Source of the DNA: Geosiphon pyriformis uo1
Lineage: Eukaryota > Fungi > Glomeromycota
Direction: 5' to 3'
Assembly: GCA_016748015.1 (NCBI GenBank)
Contig: JAAOMT010000430.1
Coordinates: forward strand, 90,232-154,231
DNA length: 64,000 nt
The stretch's first letter is position 1, and each line of letters starts with the position of its first letter. Under the pieces are notes generated by a model. That model was not told where the DNA came from. It saw nothing but the letters and a program-made list of their open reading frames with translations, and made no database searches. Shown here one piece after another: positions 14,890 through 27,800 of this stretch. Position numbers and translations under genes: made by a program.

Positions 14890-15720
14890 AGTAAAAATCG
14901 AAAAATTTAGGCTAGACAAAGAATTTCAAGTTTCCTTTAAAGGAAGATTTTTAACAATTTAGTTTACTCAAAATGAAAGATCATAAATTCTATACGACAA
15001 AAAGATTAAAGATTCAATGATTGATAAAGAATTTTACTGAGAATTCTCTGCTGGACATTCAGAATTGGAAAAAAGAGTTGACAAACATTGAAAATATAAA
15101 AGGCTTGTATTTACTAGGCATGGAGTTTTGGTGGGGGTAATAGAATTGACATTAATATTTTGCATGATGAAACATTTGAGTTTTCTGAAAAAACTCATTG
15201 GAATTTTTATAAAGTATATGCAATTTTTGCTGGATTATATTTTTAATCTTGATTTAAATGAGTCAAACAATGGAGACTAGATATCAAGGTTTATACATAC
15301 GGACAACCATGGATTGGAAATTTGATGTTTTCTCACTATGTCAACACAAAACTCCCAAGAAAAATATTTTGCATGACAAACTACAATGACTTTGTTCCAA
15401 AATATCCAAAATTGCATTTTGGCAATGAATTTTTACATCATGCCTGGGCAATAGAGCGCTATGTAATTGTCCAGGTCATTGAAGTAAACCACAGCCAAAT
15501 TTATATGAATATCCAGAATTTTTAACAACAGAAGTATATAGACTAAAATCACTGGTAGGATTTGAAAATTATTTTTTTCAGAGAAGTTGAATTGCATATT
15601 AAAAAAAAATTCTAATTTAAAGAGTTGTAATGCAAATGCTCATGGAGATATAAAACAGCTATGATGTTTCATTTGGGTTTTTATTTTGATCATTTTATGA
15701 CTGTTTGTAATATGTAAATG
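14890..15720 (+). pseudogene. Class 3 (triacylglycerol) lipase pseudogene
   Basis: VSFKG (~14929), GLVFTRHG (decayed GHSxGG elbow, ~15101), VYTYGQPWIGNLMFSHYVN (~15289), TNYNDFVPKYP..FLHH, and HLGFYF near 15670; several stops and frameshifts. Confidence 0.75.
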
Positions 15721-17229
15721 TAATGAAAAATTCAGAATCATTTGTAAATCGATATTTAATCTATAAATTACCATTTTTGAAAAATAATCCAAAACTAAAT
15801 ATTGAATAATTTTGATGCAAAACTTAGTGCCAAGATTGCATGAGATATTTGAAACATGAATTTTGCCTGTTTTCTAATACAAAACTCATTTGAAAAACTT
15901 ATAAATGCTATCGCTTTAATATTTTTTTATATCTCTATTATTGAAACAAATTTACAAACTACTTTAGACAATTTTGAATGAAACCATCTTTTGCAACCAA
16001 AAGTGATTAAATAATGAAAACCACAAAGCAATTTTAAAATAATAATTGTTATATATAATAAGTTTGTTTTATTAATTTCTACTAAAAAATTAATAAAATA
16101 AATGCGTTAAACTAAAATAAACTAATGATCAAATTTTAAAATATTAAATACTAAATGATAAATAAAAACTAATATATTACGAGTTTATAATATTAATCTC
16201 AGAATTAATACACCCCCCGAAATTTTGAATATATTTCTTTCATCAAATTTAGATGATACCAAAAATAATTTGAGTATTAAAAAAATCACTTTTGCATAAA
16301 TAAATAAAAATTCATAATTAATTGAAATGAAACTTAATTTTAAAGATTTAGATATTAGATTTTATATAACAATAAAACTTTTGTTTATTTAATCCAAAAA
16401 TTATTGCGTGTGATCAGTTTTGACAATAATATTTTAAGATATATCAATGTCACTTAAGCATCAATAACTCCCAAGAAATAAATCAAAATTTTCACATATT
16501 TACAATAAGAATGTATTGAATGACCAGACTGAACATGATTTTTAGCAAATACTTTTACTCATCATTTTTTTTCAAAAATGCTAAAGTTTTCATTCGTAGT
16601 TGATCAAATTAATATATTTCGATAGCAAGAGCAGAGGGTTTTCATTTTACATGGTGAAAAAGTATATTAAGTATGCTCAATATTGCCTAAATTTTAATAT
16701 TTAAATTTGAACTTGCATAAAAAAGGTCTCAAGAATATTTAACCAGTAGTTTAAAAATAAACTTATTATTACTTAGACTTAAGCCAATATTAGTAATTCT
16801 TAAAGTTATTACTGAACTATTATTATTTAAAAATACTTATATTAATTACAATAGTTTATTATACATTAGGTTTTTTAAATATTTTATATTGATTATTTCA
16901 AATTTTTGAATTAAATTTCAATAGACTTAAACAATAAACAGTAAATAACAAGATTTTATCAAAATTGGCAATGGGTGAACAATTTTTTTATATAAACTAG
17001 ATGGATATAGAAATAATAATTGACAAATGTGGCTATCTCTTTTTGCTCTTTACTCTTATAAGAAATCTTAAACTAAAACTACTTTCTCCTACTTTTCATT
17101 TTTGTAAGAAATCTTAAACTACTCCCTTCCCACTTTTTATTCTTGCAAAGCATAAATAACAGACTAACAATTATTAATTCCTCACCACTTAATCCTAAAA
17201 TTTAATTCAGTTATTTAATAATCAATTGT

Positions 17230-17545
17230 TCATGAATTTCTATTTCATATTCATTGGTTATTTGAATGTCGAATTGTAAATTACTGGTAAGCATGGTAAT
17301 TTAAATGTTGAGTAGCGAATTATTGGTGAGTAATGGTTATTTGAATGTTGAATTTACGCATTTTTAGTGGATGGTGATTATCAAATGTTAAGTTAAATTA
17401 TTGGTGGGTAGTAATTATATTTGAATGTTAAATTTGCGTATTTTTGATGGCCAGTGGTTATTCAAATATTAAGTTGTAAATTATTGGTGGGTGGTGGTTA
17501 TTTGACTTTTGAATTTGCAAATTATTGGTGGGCAGTAGTTATCTG
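17230..17545. repeat. Degenerate tandem repeat, ~40-bp unit (aaattattggtgggtggtggttatttgaatgttgaa-like), ~7 units
   Basis: Recurring ttattggtg...ttatttgaatgtt motif at roughly 40-nt spacing. Confidence 0.7.
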
Positions 17546-17679
17546 TTAATTGTTGATATCAAATTAGAGTCAAGCTGAATAAGATCTTTTTTTTCTGCCA
17601 ATTTTTGCCAGGCCTATTCTGTTAGCTATGGTTTCATTAAATAGTAGATAGAAATAGTTTAACTTTTAATACACATCAA

Positions 17680-17930
17680 TAATCATAAGTGGAACAGACA
17701 TATAGCTAGAATGCAGCAGCACAAAGGTTAAATAACAATTCATGTCATTGACCATAAGTGGAAGCAAACATTTAACAGAATGAGTATATACACAGAGGTA
17801 TAACAATTCATGTTATTGACCATCAGTAGAAGCAGACATTTGGCATGCACAGAGGTATAACAATTCATGTCATAAACCATAAGTGAAAACAAACATTCAG
17901 CAGAATAGTACATGTATAGTGGTTAGAAAA
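17680..17930. repeat. Degenerate tandem repeat, ~55-70-bp unit (aacaattcatgtcattgaccataagtggaagcaaacat...cacagaggtat), ~4 units
   Basis: acaattcatgt recurs at ~17734, ~17803 and ~17860; cataagtgga/cataagtgaa recurs; probably part of an LTR-element UTR. Confidence 0.7.
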
Positions 17931-20900
17931 CACCACATTTGGCAATATAAAAGAGTTGGAAACCCTATGCTTGGTTGAGTTTCTTTGGTTAAGGTTGGGG
18001 TTCTTTCCAGTAAAAGATACCCCTTTTTCTCACCCAACACTTAGAGCTAAAAAAAATATGTCAACACCCTTACCTGAATTGTTTTTGGGGATCTGGGGAC
18101 AAAAATAAATCTTTTTTAAATTTTTTAATGTTCTTTGAATTCGTAAGTTGTGAGTAGTGAGTCATTAGTCATACTGGTTATAACTGTTAAGTTTGTGAGT
18201 TAGTAGATGCTGGTAATTTATTATTGATAAAGATAAGAATAATCTCATATAGAATAAAATTTTGCTTAAAGGCAGAGAACACCTCTTTATATATGTTACT
18301 GTCTCTAAGTTGTTGATTTTGAGATCAAAAATTACATGTTTGTTTTTTATGTGAAAACGCAAAAACAAGAATACAAGAATACAAAGGTAGAGTTAACTAA
18401 TATGTAGTAATTAAAAACAAAGTGTTACTTTTTGAAACCTTGGTATTTTTGGAAATTTTTTATATTATTACATGGATCCTCATAACTAATATAATATTAA
18501 GCAGATTTTCATGACTCATTTTTTTTGACTCTGTTATTCTAAAATGGCTAAATACATTCAGTATAGAAATCAAATTCACATTTTTCTTAAAACTGTGGGT
18601 TATGGATAGATTAGTAATTAAGAATATAACATCCATATCTCATATCAAAAAAAAAATTAATATACTAGACTGAATAATATGAAAAAAATAGAAAACTACT
18701 AGGTGTAGCCAATACATGTATTTCTTGTTTTAACACAGGATCTGAAAACATAACTGTTTACTTAAAACACAGTCTCCAAACATTCAAAAAATTTTAAAAC
18801 AAGTTTAGTGTTTATCATTATCATATCTCAATCAAAATTATATTTTTAGTCTAGTTTCAACATTAGATACTAAAAAAATATAGGAATTTGGCAATGGACA
18901 ACAAATAACAAAGAATTAGAAAAGTATTAACAATTGACAAATAATTAACTATCTAATTTAAAGACTTGAATAAAATCAAACCTATTATTTTAAATAAATT
19001 CTATTTCATAGAAGCGTATCTCTGCTTTAACCCACATAATAGAAAGTTTGAATGTTAATAAATATTTACATTTTTAGAGAAGTGATTAATTTAATTCACT
19101 TAATTTAATTTACTTAAACAGGCTTGTCATTATTTGCCAAAAAACTATTTTAGATGTGATTAGTGAAAAGCATTCTGTAATAAAAAAGTATACATCTCAA
19201 AAAAAATTGGCAGATGCAAAGTAAATGAATTTTTTATGAAAAAAGAAAAGATACAAAATGCTAGCATATTATGATATGACAAGATATAAAATTCAATAAT
19301 CTCAAAACCTGGATTTTTTATAAATGGTAAGTTTTTTATTTATTATATTCAAAAAGCTTTTAATCTAAAGACCTTTATTAATGATATGAAAATTAAGAAT
19401 TGAAGGAGTAATTAATTCTTCAAAATATAATTTATTATCATATATATACTTTCATCTTTATATCTTTTTTAAGAGAAGCTTTTTGAATAAAAGTTATTAA
19501 ATATACAGTATTTGTTTATCAATTTTATTTATGTACAAACATGTTTTGAAAACTCTATTTTTTTGAAACATTATTTATATATATTTGTAATATCTACCTA
19601 AATTAACATTTCAATTGACCAAGCTTACTTAAACTTAAAATAATTTCTTTTTTTTTGGTTTAATACATTAAATGTTATATTTTACATTTTATTAATAGAT
19701 ATATTTTAATAAAATTGTAGTTTTAAAATGTATGCCAAATATTAAAAGTATACAATTAAACTTATTTTTTGATTTGTTTTTATTTTATTTTTTAATAAAA
19801 AAACACATTATATTAATATTAATATAGAAAATTTATGTATGTATTACAATAACTCTGCTTTTATTTTTAATTAATTTTTTAATAATATTATATATATGAA
19901 CTATTATAAATAAATCTTAATTTATATAAATATTAATAAATATTATTATAAGCAATAAAAATTTTTATAACTAACATATTTTAATTTATAATATTCTGGA
20001 ATATTAAAATTTTGTTACTATAATAAATAATCATTATAAATTAATTTATAATATTGAACTCTAATTGTAATAACCAATTAAAAAACTGGATTTAAATATT
20101 ACATAAATAAAATCATTAATATATTTTTGAGAAAACAATTACTTAAAAAAAATAATTGCTAATCAATTTTGTTTTTGATTATTTTTTATTTTCTTCTATT
20201 GTGATATTCATCTAACTTTTTGAAAAGCTTAAATAATTAACAAGGTAGAATGATTTTTTTAAATAATCAAGTTAACCTTAAAGATTCTGATTCTTTTTCT
20301 CAACTCCACTATATTTAATAAAAATGCCTTTAATTGCTTACTGTTCAGGTAATCAAGAGTTTTATTTTTTTTAATATATACTAGATTTTTTCTCCAAATC
20401 AGACTAAGCAAAGTTTGAAGAATGATATGATATTATAGCTTTCTAATTAACTTATAAATAAAACAAAATAGCTATATAATTTTTAATAAATTTACAATCC
20501 TTAAAATTTTACATCGTAATTTATTGGATCTTAGTTCCCTTTCAATTTTATAAATTAAGTTTTATTTATATTTTTATTTAGGAAGTATCAAATAATAAAG
20601 CTTATAACTTTTTCGATTATAACAGTTAGATCTTATTCTAATTTTGAATATTACAAGTAGAGAAAAATTAAAATCACAATGTATAGATGCTAAGAAAATC
20701 AAGTTAATTATCTTTCTAAAACGAATAGTTATTGATAAATTTTGACATTTTTTTTAATAATTAATTTTTCTAATTAATATTCTTGTTTTTCCTATTCATC
20801 CAGAATACAAATATTTCAATTGAGATTATCATTAATTTTTGGCTATATTAGACAGAACATAAAAATAAGTTTTCAGTATTAGCCCATTTTAGCTAAAAAT

Positions 20901-21865
20901 ATTTGAATATAGTTCAATTTTATTCTTTTGTAATGATAAGTAAAATTATGTTTATCTTCAGCATCGTTAAAAAATTACTTTACAACAAATAAAGTAAAAA
21001 ATATATAGAGAAATTTAAATTTAAAACTGTTTATTTTCATTTTTAAAAACTGATCTTTACAAAATATCAATAAATACTTTTTAATTTACATTTCTTATTA
21101 TATATAAACTATGACTAATCAGATATTATTATAAATAAAATTAAAATAATTTAATTGCAAAGAATCCCAAAAAAATTTGTCACTACTTTCTTTATCTAAT
21201 TAATTCTCACATTTTACAGTAGAAATTTGAGAATCCAAGTATTTTTCTCAAATAAACAGTAAATATTTTTATGTAATATAAAATGCATAAATCATTTATT
21301 TAACTAAAAAAAATGTAGTAATAAATCTTTGATGCCTTTTCTAATAGTTTGAATAAAACATATTTTTTAATAAAGGTTACAAACTTTATTTAAATAAATA
21401 TTTTTTGAAATATAATATAAGTTTACTATGTTTATTAAATTATTTTTGTTTATAACTTATACATAATACATTATTTATTTCCTGTTATTAATTTATATTT
21501 TGTGAAAAATTTGTTTAATATTATGCTAACTTTATAAAATTTTAAATTTTATAATATATATCTTTTTTTATTATATAATAAAAAAAGTTCATACTTATTC
21601 ACATATGATCAGCCACCCAAGCCAGTTATACCCACATCAAAAAACAAAATCCGAGATTAAAAACAAGCCATTAACAAAACCAAAATTCAGATTAATTTCT
21701 TTGACAAAACCAATCTTATGAATTGCTATATTATTAAGCAAAAAAGCTAAACCTCTAAAATCAAAAATTACAAAACCAGCATCATTTATTAGACTTCTTT
21801 TTTTCCACTTTGCCAGATCAAATCTCTGTGGGTCATAACCTAATCTCAAACAAGATCAATAATAT

Positions 21866-21882
21866 GCAGAGCACCAATGTCA
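21866..21882 (-). promoter_or_regulatory. Orphan LTR-end/PBS junction (tgaca|ttggtgctctgc) of a decayed LTR element
   Basis: Reverse complement of gcagagcaccaatgtca; same TGGTGCTCT PBS core as the Ty3/Gypsy element at 57232. Confidence 0.35.
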
Positions 21883-22489
21883 ACCTAACCAAATTTATAA
21901 ACAGATTCAGGAAACCAATTTGCAAATAAATTGTTTTAATTAACAATATTTTCAATAAAATTCAAGTTTTGAGAATATTTATCAGTTAAATTTGAATTAC
22001 AAAATTTATTTTTTGAAATGCAAACTGAAGTTTTGAAAAAAAGATAGTTATAAAAGAATTTTTAATTGCATTTTTTTGAATGTTAGGAAATTTAATTTTC
22101 AATAAAAATAAAAGAACAAAATTAGGTATTTCGAGTTTATTAGAGAAAAAAACTCTATTTTAACAAATACTGTATAAAAAACATCTATTTTATTTAAAAT
22201 TACTTTATTGAATATTGATTTTAGTGTATTTTTATATTACTGTCTGTAAAAAACCAAATATTATATAATATTTATCATTTTAATTAGTGAGGTGAAACAC
22301 AATCATATATTGTAACTTTATTATTTGGCATAAAGTAAACTATAGAATATTCTGCCAATGAAAATTTTCAGAATAGGACATAAATTTTTGAGAAATATAT
22401 GATTGAATTAAATAAAATTAAATTTATCTATTTTTAATATAAAAAACTTTATATTCCTTGGCAAAAAAATTCACCTGCTAATATTATAA

Positions 22490-23200
22490 GCCAAGCAATA
22501 TGACAGGCTTATAATCTGTTTTCTTAAATAACAGCACCCTGAAAAAAATTTAAATCTGTCAAAAAATAAGATATTTTTCCAAAAGAGAGTCTACAGTCTT
22601 GTTTATTATAAGGTTTATTTTCAGTAACAAAATTACTAAGTATAGTATTTTTAGCTTTGCCATCTCCAAGAGAAAAATAAAACTTTTTTCTCCATCCAAT
22701 CAATTATTTTTAGAGTCTCATAATTGTGGATTATACTTGCCAATAAACTGGTCAGCTTCTTTCATTTTAATTCTGCTTACTGTTGCTTTTTTATTATTAT
22801 ATAATTAATAAAAATCAGCTGAAATGAATCTGTCTTGACTGTATGAAGTAACAATTTAAACTTATTTCCAAGTTGATGTCCAAAAGAAATATTTTTGGCT
22901 TTTCTTTGAATCCAATTATCTAGCTGTTTTATATTATGCAATTGAAAAGACTTTGAATCAATATTTAATCATAATGGCTAAATGTTTACAGATTTTTGAT
23001 AACTACTCAATACAAGATAATAATGTTAAAAATTTTCATATAGAGTTTCAGGTAAGATTCTTGCAAACATCTTTAAACCATGCCAATAATCTATAAATAC
23101 TATCAATGAAATACAATCTGACAAGAGTTTGAACAGATATACTATCAAAATATAAGATTGTTAAAATCTTGTAAAAATTAATAAGAAACCTACTGATTAG
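22490..23200 (-). pseudogene. TLDc-domain protein (BTB/BACK-TLDc type), C-terminal pseudogene fragment
   Basis: Reconstructed RILPETLYE...KFKLLLH..SQDRF...KATVSRIKMKEADQFIGKYNPQL*DSKNN*LDGEKSFIF(S)LGDGK..ILS matches the TLDc motifs (LLYRGSRDGF, GGYNP, SFIFSL). Confidence 0.7.
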
Positions 23201-23454
23201 TATCATTATCAGTATTTATTCAATTTATGTTAAGATTTCTTTATAAATTGCTGCTACTTGATTAATTAGCAAGACACTTAGCAGTCTAAATTGATTATAA
23301 AAAATAACTTAATAATTAATTAAAAAAACCTATATATACCTTAACTTATTTATAACAAGCAATATTTCGGCTTCTATTATAATTGCACTATTAACAATGA
23401 AAGGTCCAACACTTCCTTACAACCTAGTGGTTTGTACCAGAATAAAAAAGACTC

Positions 23455-24340
23455 CCACATGGTACTTGTAAATTCCCAAGGGCAGTTCTCATAGAAGTAT
23501 TGTATATTTGGTTTTCCAATCAATTAAAGATCACGTAAAATTTTAAAGTTAATAGAGCCTAAATTGTAATTAATAAGAAAATAACAAACAAAATTATTAG
23601 AATCACTTTCCAAGCATTGACTATAAGTGATCAAAAGAGAGGTTCATATGGTTAATTCCCAAGGACAGTTTCCATAGAAGTATTGTATATTTAGTTTTTC
23701 AATTGATCAAAGATCACACAAAATTTTCAAGTTAGTGGGGCTTTAAATATAATTGATGAGAATTAAAAAACAAAATTATTAAGATCACTTTTCAAGCACT
23801 GACCATAGGTGATAAACAGAATATAGAAGTCTATATGGGTGTAGAATAACATTGAGTTATTCTAGTATTGAGCATGCCAGCATAGAAATACAGCAAGCAC
23901 TAAAACGTTCTATAAGATGCTAACAAGTCTCTTTTTAAGCATTGGCCATAGGTATTTATAGAATAAAAACTTATATAAGGATAGAATAACATTGAATTAT
24001 TCTGGTAAAGAGCACTTTAGCATAGAACACAGCAAGTGCTGAAACATTCTGTCAGATGCTAAAGAGTCTCTTTTCAAGCATCGGCTATAGATATCTATAG
24101 AATAAAAACTTATATAGAAGTAAGATAACATCAAGTTATTCTAGTAAAAAGTGTCTTAAAATGAAATATAACAAGTGTTATTAGGTACTAAGAAGTCTCT
24201 TTCCAAGCATTGGCCATAAGTATTTATAGAATAAGGACTTATATAAAGGTAAGATAACATTGAATTATTCTGGTAAAAAGTGTTTTAGCATGAAATACAG
24301 CAAACACTGAAAGTTTTATCAGGTGCTAAGGAGTATTTTT
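23455..24340. repeat. Compound tandem array: two ~186-bp units followed by about four ~130-140-bp units sharing a ttcaagcattg(g/a)c(c/t)ata core
   Basis: aattcccaagg.cagtt..catagaagtattgtatattt at ~23472 and ~23654; ataacat(t/c)(g/a)a(a/g)ttattct(g/a)gta at ~23846, ~23986, ~24126, ~24254. Confidence 0.85.
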
Positions 24341-24699
24341 TAGATTAAAAAGGTTTTACTTTCTTTAAAGAATTTGGATAATAAAAAATAATATAAGAAA
24401 AATAAAGCTAAAATAGTAAAAAATTAATTTATATAAGATATAATATTATGTAACCCCTTAAATATTATGGTCAACAGTAAGTAGATATATGAAAACTATC
24501 AGGTATAAATAGGGTTTTTTTTATCTTGTATATAAGAGTTTCGAACATATACTTGTAAAAGCTTAGAGGTTTTTTTCAAATAAAAAAATTCAAAGACTAA
24601 GAAAAAAGTCTATTATATAGTATAAATCTTGATTGAAAATAAACTATAGTCAAGGTGACTCATTTTATAACAATAAAATTGTATTATCTGTGTTATTCT

Positions 24700-27600
24700 C
24701 CTATTTTTATGTTATCATAGTTATTAGAGCATGTTAAACATTGAAGTATATCTTTTTAGGTCTTGAGTTTTTTGGTGAAACACATCATTTTAAAGACCTC
24801 CACAGTGGTTGAAAAATGTTGTACTCACAACCTTTACAATTTCATATCATTTGTTAAAAGCATGAATTAACAAATTCTTGTTATAATAAAATCATAGCCA
24901 AGAATATCTTAATGTTCAATATAACAAAGCTATTTAAGTCTATCTGTATTGGCCTAAAAAAAAGTTAGCATTTTATTACACAATAATCAATATCGTAAAG
25001 TTCGATTAATTCCTCATGCATAACTCTACAAACAAAGTTATCTGAGCAGTCTATCTGTATTGAGGCCTAAAAAAAAGTTAGCATTTTATTACACAATAAT
25101 CAGTACTCACTGCCATAAATTATTCTAACTGTTCACATTTTCTGAAAAAAAACATTTAAATCAAAAAATGGTTTTTAGATATTAAATAATAATAAATAAA
25201 GCTTTACCCATTAATTGGCTCATATATCTTGTTATATTTTAAGTAGCATCTTGTTTATCTTTAAAATTAAGTCTTTTTTCACATATAAGTTTGTTTAAGT
25301 TGTTATCATTGTGAGTAGCAATAACTTTTTATTAAAGTTTTTTTGCAGTATTATGGCAATATAGATTCTGATTCCAATTCTTTTTAATCATTTCTTGAAT
25401 ACATTAAGGTATATGCTTCTTGATTATGGAATGCTTTTTCTATTTAAATGTATATATAATTTTTAATATTATTCTATGGTCTTTTTCCTAAAATAATTTC
25501 TCAAGAAATGATAACACAACTATAAATATTACTGTATTTGGTATGAAATAACAAGATACAAACTTCAGGTACTGAGTATTGAATAATGCCAAAAATCTTA
25601 TTAGGCTGTGTAAAATAATTGGCAAGACAATAAAATTTTAAATTAGCAATGGCCATTTTTAAGAAATTTGATTTCAAAACAAGAATATTACTAGAATATA
25701 TGTTTATATGCACTAGTTCTGAATTATGCATAAAACTTTAAGCCACTAACAATTTAAAAAAGAATACAAAAAATTATTTCCCAAGTAAAGATATCTTGAT
25801 TTACTTTAAGAAAAACTCTAAAATCCTCATGTTTTACAAATAGCAAAACCATAATGAATTTATTAGTCGTGATATCTTTAGTTATTCTATAGTATTCAAA
25901 GATATATTTCAAAAGACATTTCTAAGATGCACAATAAACTATTCAATATATTGCTTGGTGTTAAAGAAAAAATGAGTATAACAAAAATCACATAGATTCT
26001 TAAAAAAAGATACCTTATTTGTATGTTTTGGTTGTCTTTAAAGCAATTTTCATAATTTTATTTCATGCATGCTTTTGATTTTTCTCATCCATCTATCTTT
26101 TTTAACAATATTAAATTCTCTTTCTCTCACCTTATTTAAAATTTGATCTGATTGAAAAGAATCTATTTTAAGCAGCTTTTGCAGCTTTTTGAGATTTTTT
26201 GTGTATTATATATATATTAATTAATATTACTATTTTCATTATTTTATGTATTCTAATTTATTAAAAATTATGAATATTCACAAAATTTACACCAAAATGA
26301 ATTTTTTAATCTGCTATAGTATTCTGAGCATTTTGACAAGTAGTTAGAGATATTATCACAAAATGGACATCTTAGCAAGTTTTTAAAGATATTGTAAATA
26401 TCTATTTTATTAAGAAATTTACTAATAATTATATCTAAGTTTCCATATTTAAGACATTTGAATTGATCTGAAAGCTGATAAAAAAAAAGCTTTAAAATTT
26501 ATACATTTTTCTTTGGAATTAACTGTTCATTTTAACTCTTGATTTTGAAATTGTAAAATCAAACATTTCAGGTCATATTAATCTTTATTCTCAAAAGTGA
26601 AGAAATTAAGGGTGTTTAAATCAGGAAAATTACTTTGATAACTTGAATTATTTGTTTCTGTTTTTAAATAAATTTCAAATGCTTTTCAAAGATTTTTTAT
26701 TGTTTTCCATCTATTTTGATAGCACTATCCAAAATTATATAATACAGTTGTATTCTCTTGTTCTACTGTTTTTTAATAGAATTCAAATGTTTTTTTCAGA
26801 TTTTTCGTAATTTTCCATTTTTTTTGATAATGCCATTCAAGATTGCTCTGTGGACTGAAATTTTTTACTTTTTCAAGATCTTTTGTTGTTTCCAATCTAT
26901 TATAAAAATGATATTGTGCAACTAAATCTTCTGTCTCTGCAGCTTTTGAATAAAGTTTAAATCCTTTTTTTTTATTTTTCATTATTCTTTTCTAGTGTTA
27001 TAACAAAGTCCAAAAGTGTATTATGCATTTGTATCTTCAACCTCTGCTGCTTTAAAATAGAGTTCAAATGCTTTTTTCTTATTTTTTGTTGTTTTTCTTC
27101 TATTAGTATAATAAAGTCTAAGAGTGTATTGTACATTTGTATCTTCTACCTCTGCTGTTTTTAAATAGAGTTCAAATGTTTTTTCCTCATTTTTCGTCAT
27201 TCCTTATCTATTATTATAACAAATTTCAAAAGTGTATTGTGTATTTATATGTTCTGCTTCTGCTGTTTTTGAATAGAATTCAAATGCTTTTTCTTATTTT
27301 CCCTCTTTTTTTTTCCCTTATAATAATATAATCCAAGAGTGTAATATGTATCTAAATATCTTGTTTTTGCCACTTTTGAATATAGCTCAAATGTTTTTCC
27401 TTGATCTTGTAAAGTACTAATTTTATAATCATAACAATGTCCTAAGAAAAATTGTTCAAAAGAATCTTTTGTATTCACTGCTTTTTGGAATTCTAAAAAT
27501 GCTTTTGTTAAATTAGAAATAGTTTCAATTTTATGTTCTAAAGAAAAGCCAAGCAAGATATAGTCTATTGAATGCTTTAAACTTTTATTATTTAAGCAAT

Positions 27601-27800
27601 CAAATAAGTCTTCATGTTTTTTTTGATTGTGCTTAAGATATATTTTTACCAAGTTAGCAATTTTTAAATATTTGCTAGCTAGAAAAATGGCCAAATTTTC
27701 TTTGATAACAATCAATGTGCCTTCAAGCCAGTCAAGGGTTGAAGTTGTATTTTAAATTTATGAAATTGAAGACATGATTTGAATATTTTGTATGAGTAAA
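24700..27800 (-). pseudogene. Sel1-like-repeat + tyrosine-kinase-like protein kinase pseudogene
   Basis: Several ~36-aa Sel1 repeats (QFFLGHCYDYKISTLQDQGKTFELYSKVAK; KLYSKAAETEDLVAQY) at ~26650-27700, followed by kinase MHNSELVHINIYSSNILV...IFGIIQYSVPEV...SNIYSCVII (25501-25731); many stops. Confidence 0.8.

Noticed and set aside
23455-24340. CRISPR-like array
   Set aside because: Units are 130-190 bp and similar along their full length, with no unique spacers and no cas genes; eukaryotic context.
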